From positions 27,590,001-27,654,000 of the forward strand of contig CM022673.1 in the NCBI GenBank assembly GCA_012295275.1: a stretch of 64,000 bases of DNA, read 5' to 3'. Shown one piece after another: positions 1 through 15,701 of the stretch. The position numbers were made by a program, and so were the translations under genes. Source of the stretch: Chrysomallon squamiferum. Its lineage: Eukaryota > Animalia > Mollusca. How positions within the stretch are numbered: the first letter of the stretch is position 1; every line of letters starts with the position of its first letter. The notes below the pieces were generated by a model. It worked only from the letters and a program-made list of their open reading frames with translations, was not told the DNA's origin and did not search any database.

Positions 1-570
1 TAATTTTGTCGACTCAGTCTTAATGGACTTTTGTGATGTTAATGAAATAATTTCATTGATCCGCTGGTAGATACATTATCATTATAATTTTGTTATTGAA
101 ACATTACACGATTTCCTAGAATCATCCAGTGGATGTAAAAACATGTTGAAGACTGATAAACAATCATAATAAGGTGAACGAATCAGCACCTTGTATATAT
201 ATCTAAACATGTACGTATGTATCTGTGTGTTCGTGACGGTGCGCATGCGCCCGTCTCTGTGTAATATGTTTTATTAAAAAGTTCTGAAATGAACCGTAGA
301 GTCATGTTACCATTTTTATAGCACTGCAAATCAATTTTTAATATTTTTAATTTATAATTTTTTTTTTTTATTAACCGTGTACTGACTTGACAGTATATCA
401 ATATTTAATATTTTCTGAAAGGAAATAACAATACCTGGTTGCCGTGGTTTAATAAACAAGCGTAGATTGCACTAATAATGTTAAATTCGTGCTGCACGTG
501 ATTTTCGGAAGAAAATCATCCGATGTTTAAACAGTCTTGCTAGAAGCTCGTTTTAATGGCGCTGAATAAA

Positions 571-648
571 GCGGGGTTAAGGCGGGGTTGGGGCGGGGTT
601 AAGGCGGGGTTGGGGGGGGGTTGGGGGCGGGGTTGGGTTGGGTTAAGG
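571..648 (+). repeat. G-rich tandem repeat of GGCGGGGTT-type units; potential G-quadruplex or GC-box cluster
   Basis: About ten closely spaced G-runs of 3 or more in an otherwise very AT-rich background. Confidence 0.7.
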
Positions 649-892
649 AAGAAGACTAAAGAGAAAAAACAACAATCCAACAAAACGAAAATAATAATAA
701 TGTTGCTACAGAAATTAAAATAAAACAATATACAGCAATTAATTTTCGAAGATGACTAAAAATCAATATACAAAAAAAAAAAAATAAAATATATAAATAC
801 AAATGTAAAAATATATATATACACATACACATACAAACACCTACACACATAGATACATAGATAAAATAAAAGGTTTGAATAATTAAAATAAT

Positions 893-953
<61 letters not shown>

Positions 954-2100
954 GCAACTTTTGAACTTGAACCTGTAACTGACCGAGGGAATCAATAAGA
1001 CTTCAATCGCCTTTTATAAACAATAACAAACAAATAATATAAAAAAATAAAAATAAATATAGCAATAAACGAGGAACAGAAAACAAAAATTCACACGACA
1101 CAATAAACGATACCGCTATGACGACCGAGTGCCAGTGCACTCGACAACGAAGTACAAACGAACGTCCTCGTAGTTTAATGAAATCTCAGTTGCAACGACC
1201 TTTGGAGTATCGAGAAGAACAAAGCAAGGAAAGGTAATTGCAAGTTTCTAAGGGCTTTCAGCAACCATATTACTTAAATTGCTGTGTTGAACACACGTCC
1301 TAATGATTTCTCAAGTTTTTCGGTGCACGCGATCTCCGTGCGATGGAATTCATACAAAGTCTGCGGGTTTTTGTTTTTTTTTGTTTTTGTTTTTTTCGTC
1401 AATCGTTATTGATTTTAAAAAAAAAAAGGAAAAAAGGAAAGATTTACGATAAAATGATGAGATGGAAAACTTCTGTCTTCCGATAGTTTGAGTTTAAAAA
1501 GATTAATGAGTTTCTGTTTTCAGTGGTTTCGGTTTTTATTCTTCTGATTTTGAAAAATTGGACGGGAACTCCGCATGTTTTGCCTGCACTCATGTGTGTT
1601 TGTGTGTCTGTGTGTGTGTGTTTGGCCGTATTTCTATCTATAGGTGTGTGTTGATGTGTGTTTGTAGATCATATTGTATACAGATATGTGTGTATATATT
1701 TGTGTATTTGTATATGTAAATAGTGTATAGGTCTCAGTGAATGCTTTTGTATGTCTTTGTATGTATTGGTTTTTATTTAAACAATTCCATACAGATCATT
1801 CTGAAATACTCTAAAGGGAAAAGCTGGTAGAAAATAGAGAGATTTAAAAAAAAAAAAAAAATAAGGAAAAAATCAAGACACAAAATATATTACCTGAAAA
1901 AACTACAACAACAGCAGCAACAACAGCAACAACAACAACAAAAATACGAATATAAAATAACGTGATGCAATTAAATCTCGATCAATCACAGTAGAACTAG
2001 AAGGGGAAAAAAAAAAAAAAAAAAAGAAAGAAGAAAAATAAAGAAATGGAAAGATAATAGATTTTATTGTCTTCTTTATTTCTTTTTTTATCGTAAAAAT

Positions 2101-2135
<35 letters not shown>

Positions 2136-2606
2136 TATTTTAAATTAAATTGCACGTTCATTAATACAATAAAATCTTTTCTAAAACGTTCGACAACTTG
2201 CTAAAGATATTGAGTTATAATGAAATACTTTTTATTGTCGTATTTCTTCTATTTTTTTTTTTTTTGTGCATTTAAAGTCATCGATGACATCTTATAGGCA
2301 GAGCAAAAACTCTGAAAACGTTTTGAGAGGAGAAAGATTATTTTCCGACACAGTTCACTACGGTGCTTAGCGGTATTTGAATTGTTTCAGTATTCCTTCC
2401 CGTAGACTGAGCAATTACTGTTGCTCTTCATGTTTGACAGAAGTCGAGGATTTCTTGTAATGTTTATGGCGTATTTAAATGGTTTAAATATTTACCAGTT
2501 CACTTAGCATTTCACTATATATTTTTTTTCATGGCGCATTTAAATAGTTTCAGCATTTTCCAGTCCACTGATCAGATAACAGTTATATCTACTGCAGCAG
2601 TTAAAA

Positions 2607-2650
<44 letters not shown>

Positions 2651-2995
2651 CAATTAATAGTGCAGCGGTTAACCAGAGCAATCTTGATGTGTTTAAACGT
2701 TTTTCTAAAGGTACGTTTTAAATAATATAAATAATATACATTGTTGACTGTTCCGCACTGCACAGGTAGAATGTGAACCTACAGGTGTAAATAAATGTAA
2801 GAAACAGCAGCCCTAAGAAAATTATTTTCTTATAATGTAACTATTACTTAGTCTTCTTTTTTTTAAATGATAAACTAAGAGAGGGGTCTCATTGCTATCT
2901 GATACAGGACTAGCTATGTCGGTTAGCAGGCAGATATCTTTTATTTAAACATTTCATTGATTGAAATCATTGGAAACGAATGATTAATGCTGTTG

Positions 2996-3106
<111 letters not shown>

Positions 3107-3349
3107 TCCTCACTCAGTATAACACCCACATCAACACATATACTCATTCATATACACATACACCTAAACAGAAACATATACAAACACATATACATACACA
3201 TTGTATACATACATATTCATACATATCTACAAATTCGTCGTCACGTCGTAAGAAAAAAACGAAAAAGAAAATAACACGCCAACAGACTCTTCACATAGAC
3301 AATATTCAGGAACGAACTGGCGCACTGTATGTATGTATGTATGTATTTA

Positions 3350-3398
<49 letters not shown>

Positions 3399-4081
3399 TT
3401 CCATTCGTTTTCAAAACTGAAACATCACTGGGACAGCAAGAGAACACATCTACCATCCAGTTCGCAATCAGTCATCATTTGATCAGAAAACAGTTTCAGT
3501 TTGGATGGTGGTTAAAATTTGTCTAACAAGGCTAATTTGTGGTTTCACTGCAATTTATTTCTTAACCTGTCAATCTGTCTTTACGTTAAATTACCCAGGC
3601 CAAATACGAGATGATAATTCCATCTATTTGAATAACAAAAAAACCCTCTGTTATCTCAGACACTTCAGATATAATGAGTTACAGGTTTGTTAGATTTTTT
3701 TCAAAAGATGTCATTAACTAAACATGCTTGTGTAGATAGATGATGTTGTCTTTCGTTAAAAAAAAAAAAAAGAAAGAAAAGGAAGACAAAGAAGTTTCTT
3801 TTCAAATCTGAAAGCCTTAACAAATCTAACATACATGGATGAAAAGACATTTTAAATATTAATGATAATTCCGAATGCTGTTGTGCTTTGATTGATAAGC
3901 TCGTCAGAATAATACTGCACAGAAAGTCTGTTCATTAAATTTTACAAGCGATTCAAAAATCGAGTACAGACACGTTTGAGAAGTCGTTGAATCTCAGTTA
4001 CGTTCAGTCTTTGTTGATAGTAAATGTAAATAAAATGGAAATAAATTTCTTTAGTCAATTTTAAAAATTATTTACTTAACT

Positions 4082-4194
<113 letters not shown>

Positions 4195-4289
4195 GTCTAT
4201 CTCTCTCTGTATCTGTCTCTCTCTCTGTCTCTCTCTGTGTCTGTCTCTCTGTGTCTGTCTCTCTGTGTCTCTCTCTCTCTGTCTCTGTC

Positions 4290-4350
<61 letters not shown>

Positions 4351-4797
4351 GTCTGTCTGTCTGTCTCTGCCTCTCTCGTGTCCTATTTCTCTTTCTCTGA
4401 TGACATTAAAGAAGAAAAAACCCACAAATATACACGAAAACAAACATAAAAAAAACATCTCACCACTGAACATATTCTAACTGTATTTAAAATACAAACA
4501 AAAAAACACTTGTCAGTCGTTCTACATACATGCACACACATATTTAAAGTATTGAAATAACTGACGTCATCAGGTAAAATTGAATTCAGATAGTTGCTTT
4601 CGTGTTAAATGGAAAAAATAGTAACATTAACAGAGACTGAAAAAAACAACAAAAGACGAGAGAAGTAAAAAAGGACAAAGTCATAATTAAATGAGAAATT
4701 AAATGAATAAGATTACATAATTGATTATTCTTACAATACTTAACAATCGTACCGTGGTAGATAATTAATTATTATTATTTTTTTTTACCAACGTTTT

Positions 4798-4908
<111 letters not shown>

Positions 4909-5073
4909 ATTTTAAAATTATTTTTCCATTTTCCACTCATAAAACAAGTAAGTTTTTATTGTTATTCATTTTATAATCACAACCGTGCAATGTCACATGG
5001 AATGAAAATATCGATCACGAAGCTACGCTCTGGGATCTTTGAAGCGTTTCAAACTAGTTAGATCATTGTCTGC

Positions 5074-5245
5074 GAGCTGCAGCTCTGTGGTTAGAGAATT
5101 GTCCGAGGCACGATTGGCCTTAGGATCAATCCTTCTCAATGTACGTGTAAAATATTTCTTGCTGCAGGCATTGAACTATGCGAAATATCTCACCTGTCTG
5201 TGGGAAGGTGCATATACCAGTTACAGTGTTGCTAATCCGTAGCTG
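5074..5245 (+). mobile_element. Degraded tRNA-derived SINE (MetaSINE-like)
   Basis: A-box-like AGCTCTGTGGTTAGAG and B-box-like GGATCAATCC, followed by the core CCTGTCTGTGGGAAGGTGCATATA..TTGCTAATC. The core recurs at about 5350-5430, 22068-22115 and 46060-46100. The family assignment is from memory of the consensus. Confidence 0.55.
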
Positions 5246-5344
5246 TAAAATACTAATCGGTTTTCGAAAAAAACCCAGAGGTTTTTCTGTCTTCTATTAT
5301 AATTATGTAAGAAATATAAAGAGTTCTGTATATCCTGTCCCATA

Positions 5345-5520
5345 TGAATGATTTATCAAAGGCCGTTGGTATATGCTGTAGTCTATGGGAACGTGCATTT
5401 AATAGAAGCTCTTCCTGCTAGTAACTGTATCCTAAATCGCAATGGTGGCTTACCTCTACCTATCTAAGTATTTGATAGTCCTTGACCATAGGTAAGAGTC
5501 ATAAAACTGTAGACTAAAAC
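5345..5520 (+). mobile_element. SINE remnant (central and 3' part)
   Basis: ATCAAAGGCCGTTGGTATATGC..GTCTATGGGAACGTGCAT..CCTGCTA..GTCCTTGACCATA shares the core seen at 5190 and 22068. Confidence 0.5.
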
Positions 5521-5596
5521 GATAGACAGGAACGCGGAGTTCGTATGATGTTCAGAAGGTAAAAGGGAATATTTAAAAATATTTAATGGGTTATAC

Positions 5597-5676
<80 letters not shown>

Positions 5677-6456
5677 ATAAAAAAGTCAGACAGACAGATA
5701 GATGATAATAGATAGATAGAGAGATAGATAGGTAAAACTGAGATTTTTAAAGACAGAGGTACAGACATACAGACTAACTCAACATGCAGAATCGCGAACA
5801 TTTGTCCACCAGAAAAAAAAAAACCTAACTGCGTATGCAATAACAATCTTTTTATTGGAACAGATTTTGTCGTGATAACCTCGGTGCTATGCTTCTCACA
5901 TGTTTAATCGTTAACTCAGAAGGGAATAAAATTAATTTTTATTTAAAACGACGCCTGATTTAAAACATAACTGACGATCGAAATCAATTGTTGCTCGACT
6001 GAGAATTCGGTGTCGTTGCCCTGTGAAAAAGATGGAATAACACAGTGAACTAGACTGACGTTACATTGCGTCTCTCAATCAGTGAACGTACGAACAGTCT
6101 CCGACGACTACAGTAAATAATTGAACCAGCTGTCTGTAAACCATCAGGAAACGTTGTCAATACGTGGTCAAATTTCAGGTCACACAAGAAATCGTAAAAA
6201 CGTGAGCGGTCATATAATAATTAGCGTGACTTGCGCGTACGTGACTCCAGTCCGTTTTAATAGTGTTGTTACAGAAATCACGTGACCCTTATCGTTTTTA
6301 ATAGTACAGTGTCAGTACAGAAAAGACGTGACCCTAGTCGTGTTTTTAAAAGTCCACACAGCTGTAAGAAATTCGTGACACTGATGACGTTTAATACAAC
6401 AACAACAACCGTAGAGCAAAGAAGTTGAAGACTACAGTTTATGAACATCTCACCGC

Positions 6457-6700
6457 CGCTATTTAGCTGTAATTGTGACGTCATCGGGTACAAGACGGAC
6501 TTATTTTCACTAAAGAGTTACTTCTGGTGTTGTCACGATAAATACGACTATCAGTCCGCTATGACGTCATATTTATTCGCTATTTAGCTGTAATTGTGAC
6601 GTCATCGGGTACAAGACGGACCTATGTTCACTAAAGAGTTACTTCTGGGGTTGTCACGATAAATACGACTATCAGTCCGCTATGACGTCATAATTATTCG
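6457..6700. repeat. Two-copy 121-bp tandem duplication carrying four perfect CRE palindromes
   Basis: Units start at 6457 and 6578 and differ at only a few sites. TGACGTCA occurs at 6476, 6562, 6597 and 6683. Confidence 0.9.
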
Positions 6701-7475
6701 AAGGGGAAAATGAGGGCGTTCAAATGTTTAGAAACAGTATTATATTTTATTGTCATTATTAATGTTGATTGGGTTGTTCAAAACAATAACATATTAACTT
6801 CTTTGACACCATTCATTCGTACCACTACACGATTCAAACAACCTGTTGTATTATTTCACCACTGTTCGTTCTGTGACAAAGCCACAGCACTGTTTAAATG
6901 TAATACTTATTTACATGTCTATATTGGAAAAAAAAGAAGACAAAGCATATCACCTATATTGAATTAATACCAAATATTTTAACACTTATGGTTCCATAAC
7001 CGCAAAGACCTTACAGTTACAGTAAATAATATTTTAAATCTTTGACGGTTGCAAATTGTCCATCAGTTCTTGCAACTGGCATTGTTAATATAGTTAGGCA
7101 GTATGTTCAGACAAATATAATCATAACAGAACGTATATCAAAGAATGCAGTTTGTTTGTTTTGTAACGTATTTGTTTAGATATCCGTCTAATGTGTGATT
7201 TCAGAGAAAGCGAAGAATGGAATGTATAAAAACAAGAAGAACAAATGAAAGAAAAAGACAAGCTGCTGTTGATATTTGCTGGTTTAGAAGCACGATCTTT
7301 TAGACATGACATAACTAACCATGTTTGTATGCGTGTGGGTATGTATGTGTTAAGGGATGCGCGTGCGTGTGTGTGTGTATGTGTGTGTGTGTATCTATTC
7401 GTAATACAACTCTTTAGTTCAAAGTTTAGTTCACGATGACTAATCATTTTTATTTTATATAATATTATTGGCTTT

Positions 7476-7549
<74 letters not shown>

Positions 7550-8590
7550 TAATCTCAAAAAAAAAAAAAAAAAAAAATTACTGAATCTGCGGTTGATATC
7601 AATTTCATTATCTCTCTGGTAAAAATTTTTTTTTGTTTTTCTCTTCTTTAAAACAGATTTCACAGAGCTAACCTTTCACTAAATCGTTTTTCACTATGCG
7701 ATTCTCTAACAGTTTCTTTTATTCTTACATACACAGGGAAAAACCGCATTTTAATTAAATTTCGAAGGATTTTTTTTTGTTTTAATTGTCATCAATGGCG
7801 AAATTCGGTGAGGTGCATAAATAATAAATATACGTAACATTTAGATAACAGAATTTTACGTTTACTCGATAAATACTGTTTTATATAGTGAGTGTATGTA
7901 GATCAATGTGTAGATTTTATATATATATATAATATAGGTAACAATCTTTCAGACATCATTCAAACATCATGGATACGCTATAATGAATCTAGGGGTGAAA
8001 AAAAGATGAATTTTTAGATAATCCATCATCAATGATGATTATTTTTTTTTGCCATTGATGAATATTTTACAGTTTATTTCTGGGAATGTATAAAGTTAAG
8101 AAAAAAAAATATAAATAATCATTTCCCCTTTTTTTTTTTTTTTTTTTCTCCAAAATTTGATTTTCACATCGTAATTTCAATCTTTCTTTGTTCTGCAAAA
8201 TTCTAAGAAAGATTTGGGGAAAAAAATGTTTAGTTTTCAATTTTTATTGTTTTTTTTTTTTTTTTTAAGGAATATTTAATTTTTAAAAAAGAAACGAAGC
8301 ATGGTTTTAATGTTGCTGTAATTTAACATAAAGATTGCAAGAATCCATCTCTACGATAGACATTCAGAAAACACTGTAAACAGTGGAAAGATTCGATGTC
8401 TAGATGAATTATCATCATCATCATCATCATCGTCATCATCGTCATCATCATCATCATTATCATTTTCATCTTCATTATCATCATCATCATCATGGTCATC
8501 ATCATCATCATCACATCACATCATCATCATCGTCATCATCATTTCGATGATCATCATCACATCATTTCATTATCATCATCATCATCATCT

Positions 8591-8629
<39 letters not shown>

Positions 8630-9250
8630 CATTGCTTCTTGGTGTCATCTGTAACTTTGAAGGTTAGTTTACGCATTCACATTTGTTAGTAGATAAACGA
8701 CATGCATTTCACTTAATGCTGTAAAAATATTAATGTACATTAATGTTGCTAGTTATTATTGCATTTGATTAGAACCTGCATGAAATAAACAAACTTTTTT
8801 TTTTTTAAATTTTCTTTCTCATTCATTTCAGGCTAACGACACGTACTCTTACGTAATTGATTGTTCGAGTATTTAAATGATTCGACTATTAAAATGTGTT
8901 TTATTTTACACAGGTTTTTTTTACGAGTAATGATTGTTTTCTGTGGCATGATCCAGGCAGAAGCTGATATTATCGCAAACACATTTTTTTGAATTTTGCA
9001 ACAGCTGCCGCGACTGTGTTTTAACTTTGTTTTGTAACTATTTGGTTACAACAACACTAACATCAGCTTATGTCATATGTAAGGTGCTTTTTTTTTCTTA
9101 TATATATATATATTTTAGCAATACGTCATCACGTGATTAATGGAGATATACTGGTACACTGACAGCGACATCTCTGTATGTGTAAAACAGTTCAGCTTTC
9201 TCTAGAAATCTAGGCAATTTTGATTTCTCTACATGATGCATGAAAATTTC

Positions 9251-9385
<135 letters not shown>

Positions 9386-12024
9386 CAATATCGAGTTCTC
9401 TGTATAAGTGTACAACAATTTCGAATTCTCTGTGTGAGTGCAAAGCAAGTCTGGTTCTCTGTGTGTTTGCTTGAAACAAAGCTCTCTCACACCTGTTTCT
9501 CCCTGTCTGGCGTAGGACATTGATCTCTGCAAAACGCAGATCGTAAACAAAGCATACAGCATATGTAATTTGAGAATATTTTATCTATTTTTGGGAGAAA
9601 AAAATAAAAAAAATAAAAAAATAAAAAAAAAAAAAAAAAAATAATAAAAGAAACAAAGAAATCCATAGTTTCTGACTGCTGCACATTTTTGAACTTGTCC
9701 GAGACAATAGCAGCTCAACGTACTTGATCTGGTTTAAGCTGAAACGTAATGATGTTACTTCTTGTATTTTGTACGAATTTAAAAAACAACAAACAAAGCA
9801 CGCATGCGTCGTCTGTTACGTTTGACGACGTTTGGCTAATCAAATCGACGCAAAACGTAAAGGGCGTTGCTTAATTGTGTAAGAGAAAATAAAATAATCA
9901 CCTACTGCATCTGTTCATTTGATATTCAATACAGGAAGTAACAACAATAATCAGTCTCGTAGGAATTTTTATTTAAAACAGTCAACAGACTGCTATTATT
10001 TCTATACCTATAAATTCATTTGTAAGTGATATATTCGTGTATCAAACATTGTTTTATTAACATTCCTGGACTACTTCGTAAGAAAGTCGAAACGGAAATA
10101 AATGGATGATTGTCTTTCTAAACTTTACGACAATTTTTTTTAAAAGTTGTCTCTTTAACTGGCTGGAAAATTTAAAATGAAAATAATCATTTGGATTACA
10201 TGATGTAAAGTTTACATCACGGAAAGGAATTTTCTTTTTAGAATTTCTAGTTTTCATGAACTAGATTATTCTTGCTGTTCCTGGAGATATATCTTTAAAA
10301 GAACCTTTGAAAAATACAGTTTAAAACTTAAACTGTTTAATGACAGTCCTTGTATTACTGTGTTTAAAAACCATAAAATTATGTTCTTCTCAAAAAATCG
10401 ACAATGACTGAAAAATGAATCATTGAAACATACGGAAATACTGAGTTATGAACCATTTAACAGAAAATCTTGGATTCTTGAATCGCAATGTTAAAAGACT
10501 CGGTCTACTTTAGATTAAATTTCAGAATTTCAGAAAGTCAAAACCAAAACTGAAAACCCTTAACTTTTACTCAACACAGTATAATTGATAAGTTTTGGTT
10601 AGAAGATCTCTTGAGCAAAATGTTTGATGACTTCAAGGTGAGTAGAGTCTACGATAACCCAAACCTTGCTTCACAGATTTCCTGTACGTACTCGCTTTTG
10701 TCCGTTTTCTTTCTCCTTACGATTCCCAGTAATGATAAATGATTAATATCGAACGAAGACTACTCTGGTCCTTCTCCTCCGACTTTCACTTGTTTGTCTC
10801 TGTGTTCCTCTGTTAGCTGCTGCGGTGATGAAGCTGCTGGTACACAGAACTCACTGATCCAGTACGAAAAGGTGACGTTGTAAGACTTTGCTGGTGCCGA
10901 CTACGCCAACACTTCTCTGTGGTGATATTTTTAGTCACTGGTTAAAAACAGACCAAGACTGAGTGTATTAGATCTATGTATTATACGCGAACAGTGAATT
11001 AGAATGAACTGAATTTGAAATTATCAGTATACACAGATACGCACACACATATATACGTATAAAGATAAACTTTTATGTAAGATACAGCTATCAGTCTTTT
11101 TTTTTTCTGATTAATTTAACCAAGTTTTGTTCTTACTAAGTCTTTTTTTTTGCTAATTATTATTATTATTATTTTTTTTTTCATAACGATATTTTTGTTT
11201 ACGTTTCCTTTTTTCAAGTAACATTAAAAGATTAAGATTGAAAGAAGACGATTTTACTTTCAACGAATATCTAGTTCATGGCATAACACTTCTAAAACGC
11301 GGTTTAATTTATCCCCCTTTCTCTCCTTTTTCGCATAACCTCATTAACATATATCATTCATCATCTTCATCATCGTTACGACCATATCATCTCCATCATC
11401 AAAACTATCATGAAATCATTGTCATCATGCTGAAACCGGCCATCAGCATCATTATAACTAACATCATCAGCAATATTTTCATTTTGTCACTGTTCACGTA
11501 TATCATTTCAGTCTGCATCAGACTTAGTCTTGTCGTACCATTTTGTCTGTTTAGATTTCAGGTTTAAGGTTTTTGTACTGGTAAGTTATTGTACTGCTAC
11601 AGAACTGTATCTGATGTCCTTTAAACCATTTATAGATATTATCATAATGTTTTAAAAATCTCTTTTGAATAAAATTAATTCTGTAAAATCATGATTCCAT
11701 AATTTCTCCAGATACATAATTAATTCCTAAATGTACCAATATTTTCAAATGTATCTTAATTTCAAATTAATATTATGAGTCCGACTGATGACAGATGTTT
11801 ATTACCAAATGTATAATAAAAATAAATTAACACTTGAACGGGCACAAGTACAGGTTCTTTCATAGATATATATTTACATATGTGTATACATTCAAACATT
11901 CAAACATAAAAATATACCAAAAAAAATAATACATTAATGCATACATACACACATACATACATATATACATACACTGTAACTCTCGCTCTGTCACAGAGAC
12001 AGTGAGAGAGAGAGATTGATAGAT

Positions 12025-12088
<64 letters not shown>

Positions 12089-14519
12089 ATTAGACGGAAA
12101 ATTACATTTCCTATCAATATACGATTTCCGACTTTTCCCATGATTAAATAATAACACTATCACAACAAAATGAACCGCAAGCGATTACGTCAAAGAAATC
12201 TTAACAGCGGAAGATCACGATGACATACCATTCAGTACTTTTTCCAAGACAATCAAACTGACGTCACCGAAACACTGAAAACGGCAAGCGTTATGAAACA
12301 TAAAAGAGCCGATTGACCTCGTTTCAATTTCATTATTACTATTATTAGACAGATCTTTGCTCCGAGGCATTCGGAAAAGTTCCAGACGAGATTTTGTCTC
12401 GTGGACTGCTGGACAGGCATAATTCATTTAGTTCAATGACGTCATCAGTGATGAGGGACAGCGTGGAAGAGAAAAGAATACAAGGATAATGGTCAGTTAA
12501 CATTTTACATTGTCTAGTCTGGCTGTTTTAAACATAACAGTAATAGCGAGACGTAGATTACTGAGTTTGTGGAAATTAACTGGAACAAGGTTCTTACGTA
12601 TATTTGAGATTTTTCGTAATAATCTGGGAATCGACTGTTCTTATGACGAATGAAAATATCATAAACAAGCCAGATTCACTTTGAGATTTGTTGTAATATA
12701 TAATGTTGTTTTTTTTTTTATATATGCATATATAAAACATACATATATACAAATATGCATCCACAAAATGTTAAATGGACTTCTTTTCTTCATATATTAC
12801 GTATCTGTATATTTATATAGCCTATATTTATAAATACACACACACATACACGCACGCACACACACATATATATATATAAGTAAAAGTGAGAATATTAAGA
12901 ATATATTTATATATAGAGATACATGACTTTTCTTTTGTAACCTTGATGACGTTTACTAAGTTTGTGTTAACGATGCCAGGAATCACAAGACTGAAGTCAT
13001 TCATTATGAAAACTCTAGATGACATTGAAGACAGGATCATTTTTTAAAACTGTTTGGCAATAGTTTATGTTCACGGATAAATATCAAATCCAATTTATAT
13101 TTCAGTAATTGGCACTCAGCTAACTGTGATAAATAGATTGCATTTTCAGTCCTGTAATCCATTTTTTTTATGTCTCATATATAATCCAGTCAGATTTTCA
13201 ACTATGCTGTGGACAATGTTTTTGAAAATTAGATAACATTTTCTCACTTCTAACATAAACTCGGTGTTTCTCAAAGGAATCAGTGGCTTTCACCGAACTT
13301 AGTGAAACCAGTGCAAAGGGAATTCACTCTGAACTAAAAACTGGTGAACGGTAATAGCAATTTTCCTCAGGATCAGCAAATTTTCTTGTTTTTCTTGTTC
13401 TTAAATTTTATATAATTTTTTTTTTTTTAATTTAAATTTAATATGAATCTTGAAAGAGAGGACGAAATGCAGCCTAACAGTCCAGTAGAATAACTCGGGT
13501 TGAAGAGCAAAGTTTTGTTCTTGGATCATTTTTACAGAAAGTAGTTTTCAAGTCTTTTTCTACGTTCAGACATTACGTGAATGAAAGTTTTGTGATACTG
13601 TGATTCTAATATCGGACACAAGTCTCCTGTCTGGTTTCATAAAAAAAAACACTGCAGAAAGTCGAGATTCTTGAATTTTGTGATTCTCTGACAGAGAAGA
13701 AGAAGCTAAAGCTTCATTTTATTACTTTTTTTTTTTTAAAAAAGGTGCATTTTCTCTCCGATTACGGGACATTCACAAAGCTAGAGTTTAGCAGGCAGAA
13801 AGATTTTTTTTTTTGTCAATAAAATGTTGACGAATATGTTAATAATACTACAACAACAATGAATACAGCATAAATAACAAAAGGAATAAAATAATCAAAA
13901 CCAACGGATGAGGTAACAAAAACAGTAACTGATATTAAGCTGTGAAGAATGCGTTAAAGATTTTTAAAATTAATCATTCCTTTAAAGATTCAGAAATCAG
14001 GATTTGTGAAAAGAACCCAGTGAAGACAATGAAAAAGGTTTTTACAGTAAGAAGTGGCCTGTGTATGATCTAAAGGAAAAAAAAAAATAAACATAATTAT
14101 GGTAATATAAGTCAAACTTAGACAGTAGTATACAAAATATGAAATTAAAATCATAGGAACAAGGACAACTTAAAAAAAAAAAAAGAAAGGAAAGGAAAGA
14201 AAACTGATTTAACAAAGTCTATTCCAGATGTAAACGTTAATGTCGCAGATTTCGGGAAGGTTAAATATTTGTGTCTGTCAGATGTAAAGACTTCGACAGC
14301 AGTTGATATCTAACTCTCATAATTAGCCAATGTGTTAGATTTCATCATCCGAAAACGTTGTGTTGTTCTGTACTGTCATTTACATTTAACAGCATGAAAC
14401 AAAATAATGGTAAACTGTGTAAAATGAACCCGGATACATTCAAGGTAAGGATGAAGAAAATATGAGTATATGAAAGGATGGAGAGAATATTTGTTTAACA
14501 GATCGTATGTATGCATGTA

Positions 14520-14619
<100 letters not shown>

Positions 14620-15546
14620 TAGCTGCAAATGCACTTAGACGTATAAACAAGCATAATTTCTCTGCATATACCATGCTAAATGAAATACTCTACATACAGA
14701 ACAAACTCATTACCAGAGCGTTCTGTTGTAACTGAGAGTTTTACTTGTAAAAATACTTTCAGACAATCTGTATTTAATTAACAAACTCGTCAACCCTAGT
14801 CAGTTAACACAACAGAACAAAGACTGTAACAAAGATACACATCGATTTATCGATTTCGTTTTGCAATAATTTTTAATAATTAAATATTACTTTGTCTTTA
14901 CAAAAAAAGTTAATATTACAGTTAATTATTAACGAGCAAGGATAAACTTGAAACGAACTCTTTTGTGAGAAAAATAACTAATTAGAAAAATTAATTATTG
15001 AACAGGTAAGAAAATAATAATGGAAACTAAAGAAAGTAAATTGTCATGGAATTCGTTACGATTTTCACAGTCAATCAAACCAGCATATCAGTCTACAACT
15101 CTTTGTCTTTCTTTTCCTTTCGTTCTTTCTTTTTTTCTTTCTTTCTTTGTTTCTTTGTTTCTTTCTTTCTTTCGGTTTTTCTTTTTTTCTTTCTTTCTTT
15201 CGGTTTTTCCTTTTCTCCGTTTCTCTTTTTCTTTCTCTCGCATTGCTTTGGTCGGTTATTGTTCAGTGCTTTAATGGTCAGTGAAGCCAAAATATTTGTA
15301 TGCATTTATTTGTACCCGATCGAGGAAAATATCGTTTAGATCACGTGACGCGATTCACTGCAGTTCTTGTTCATGTTTTTTTGTCTCCTTTACTTTCTTT
15401 CTTTTGTTTTTCTTCTCTTCTTTTCTGCAAACACCCCCCGCCCCTTGTACTACTCGTGTAGCTGTTATTTAATACATTTATCCATGACCTAAAGCGTAAC
15501 TCCTTGCAGCAAATTTGAATTATTTCCATTATAAAAACTGATCCTT

Positions 15547-15587
<41 letters not shown>

Positions 15588-15670
15588 CTCTGTGATTTTT
15601 TTTTTTTCATTTTTGTATCGCAAATTTTCCTTCTGGTATCAGAGTCTAGCGAAACACTTATCGATTACTT

Positions 15671-15701
<31 letters not shown>

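Noticed and set aside
5074-5140. Possible tRNA gene
   Set aside because: Only decayed A/B boxes with no cloverleaf, followed by a SINE core.
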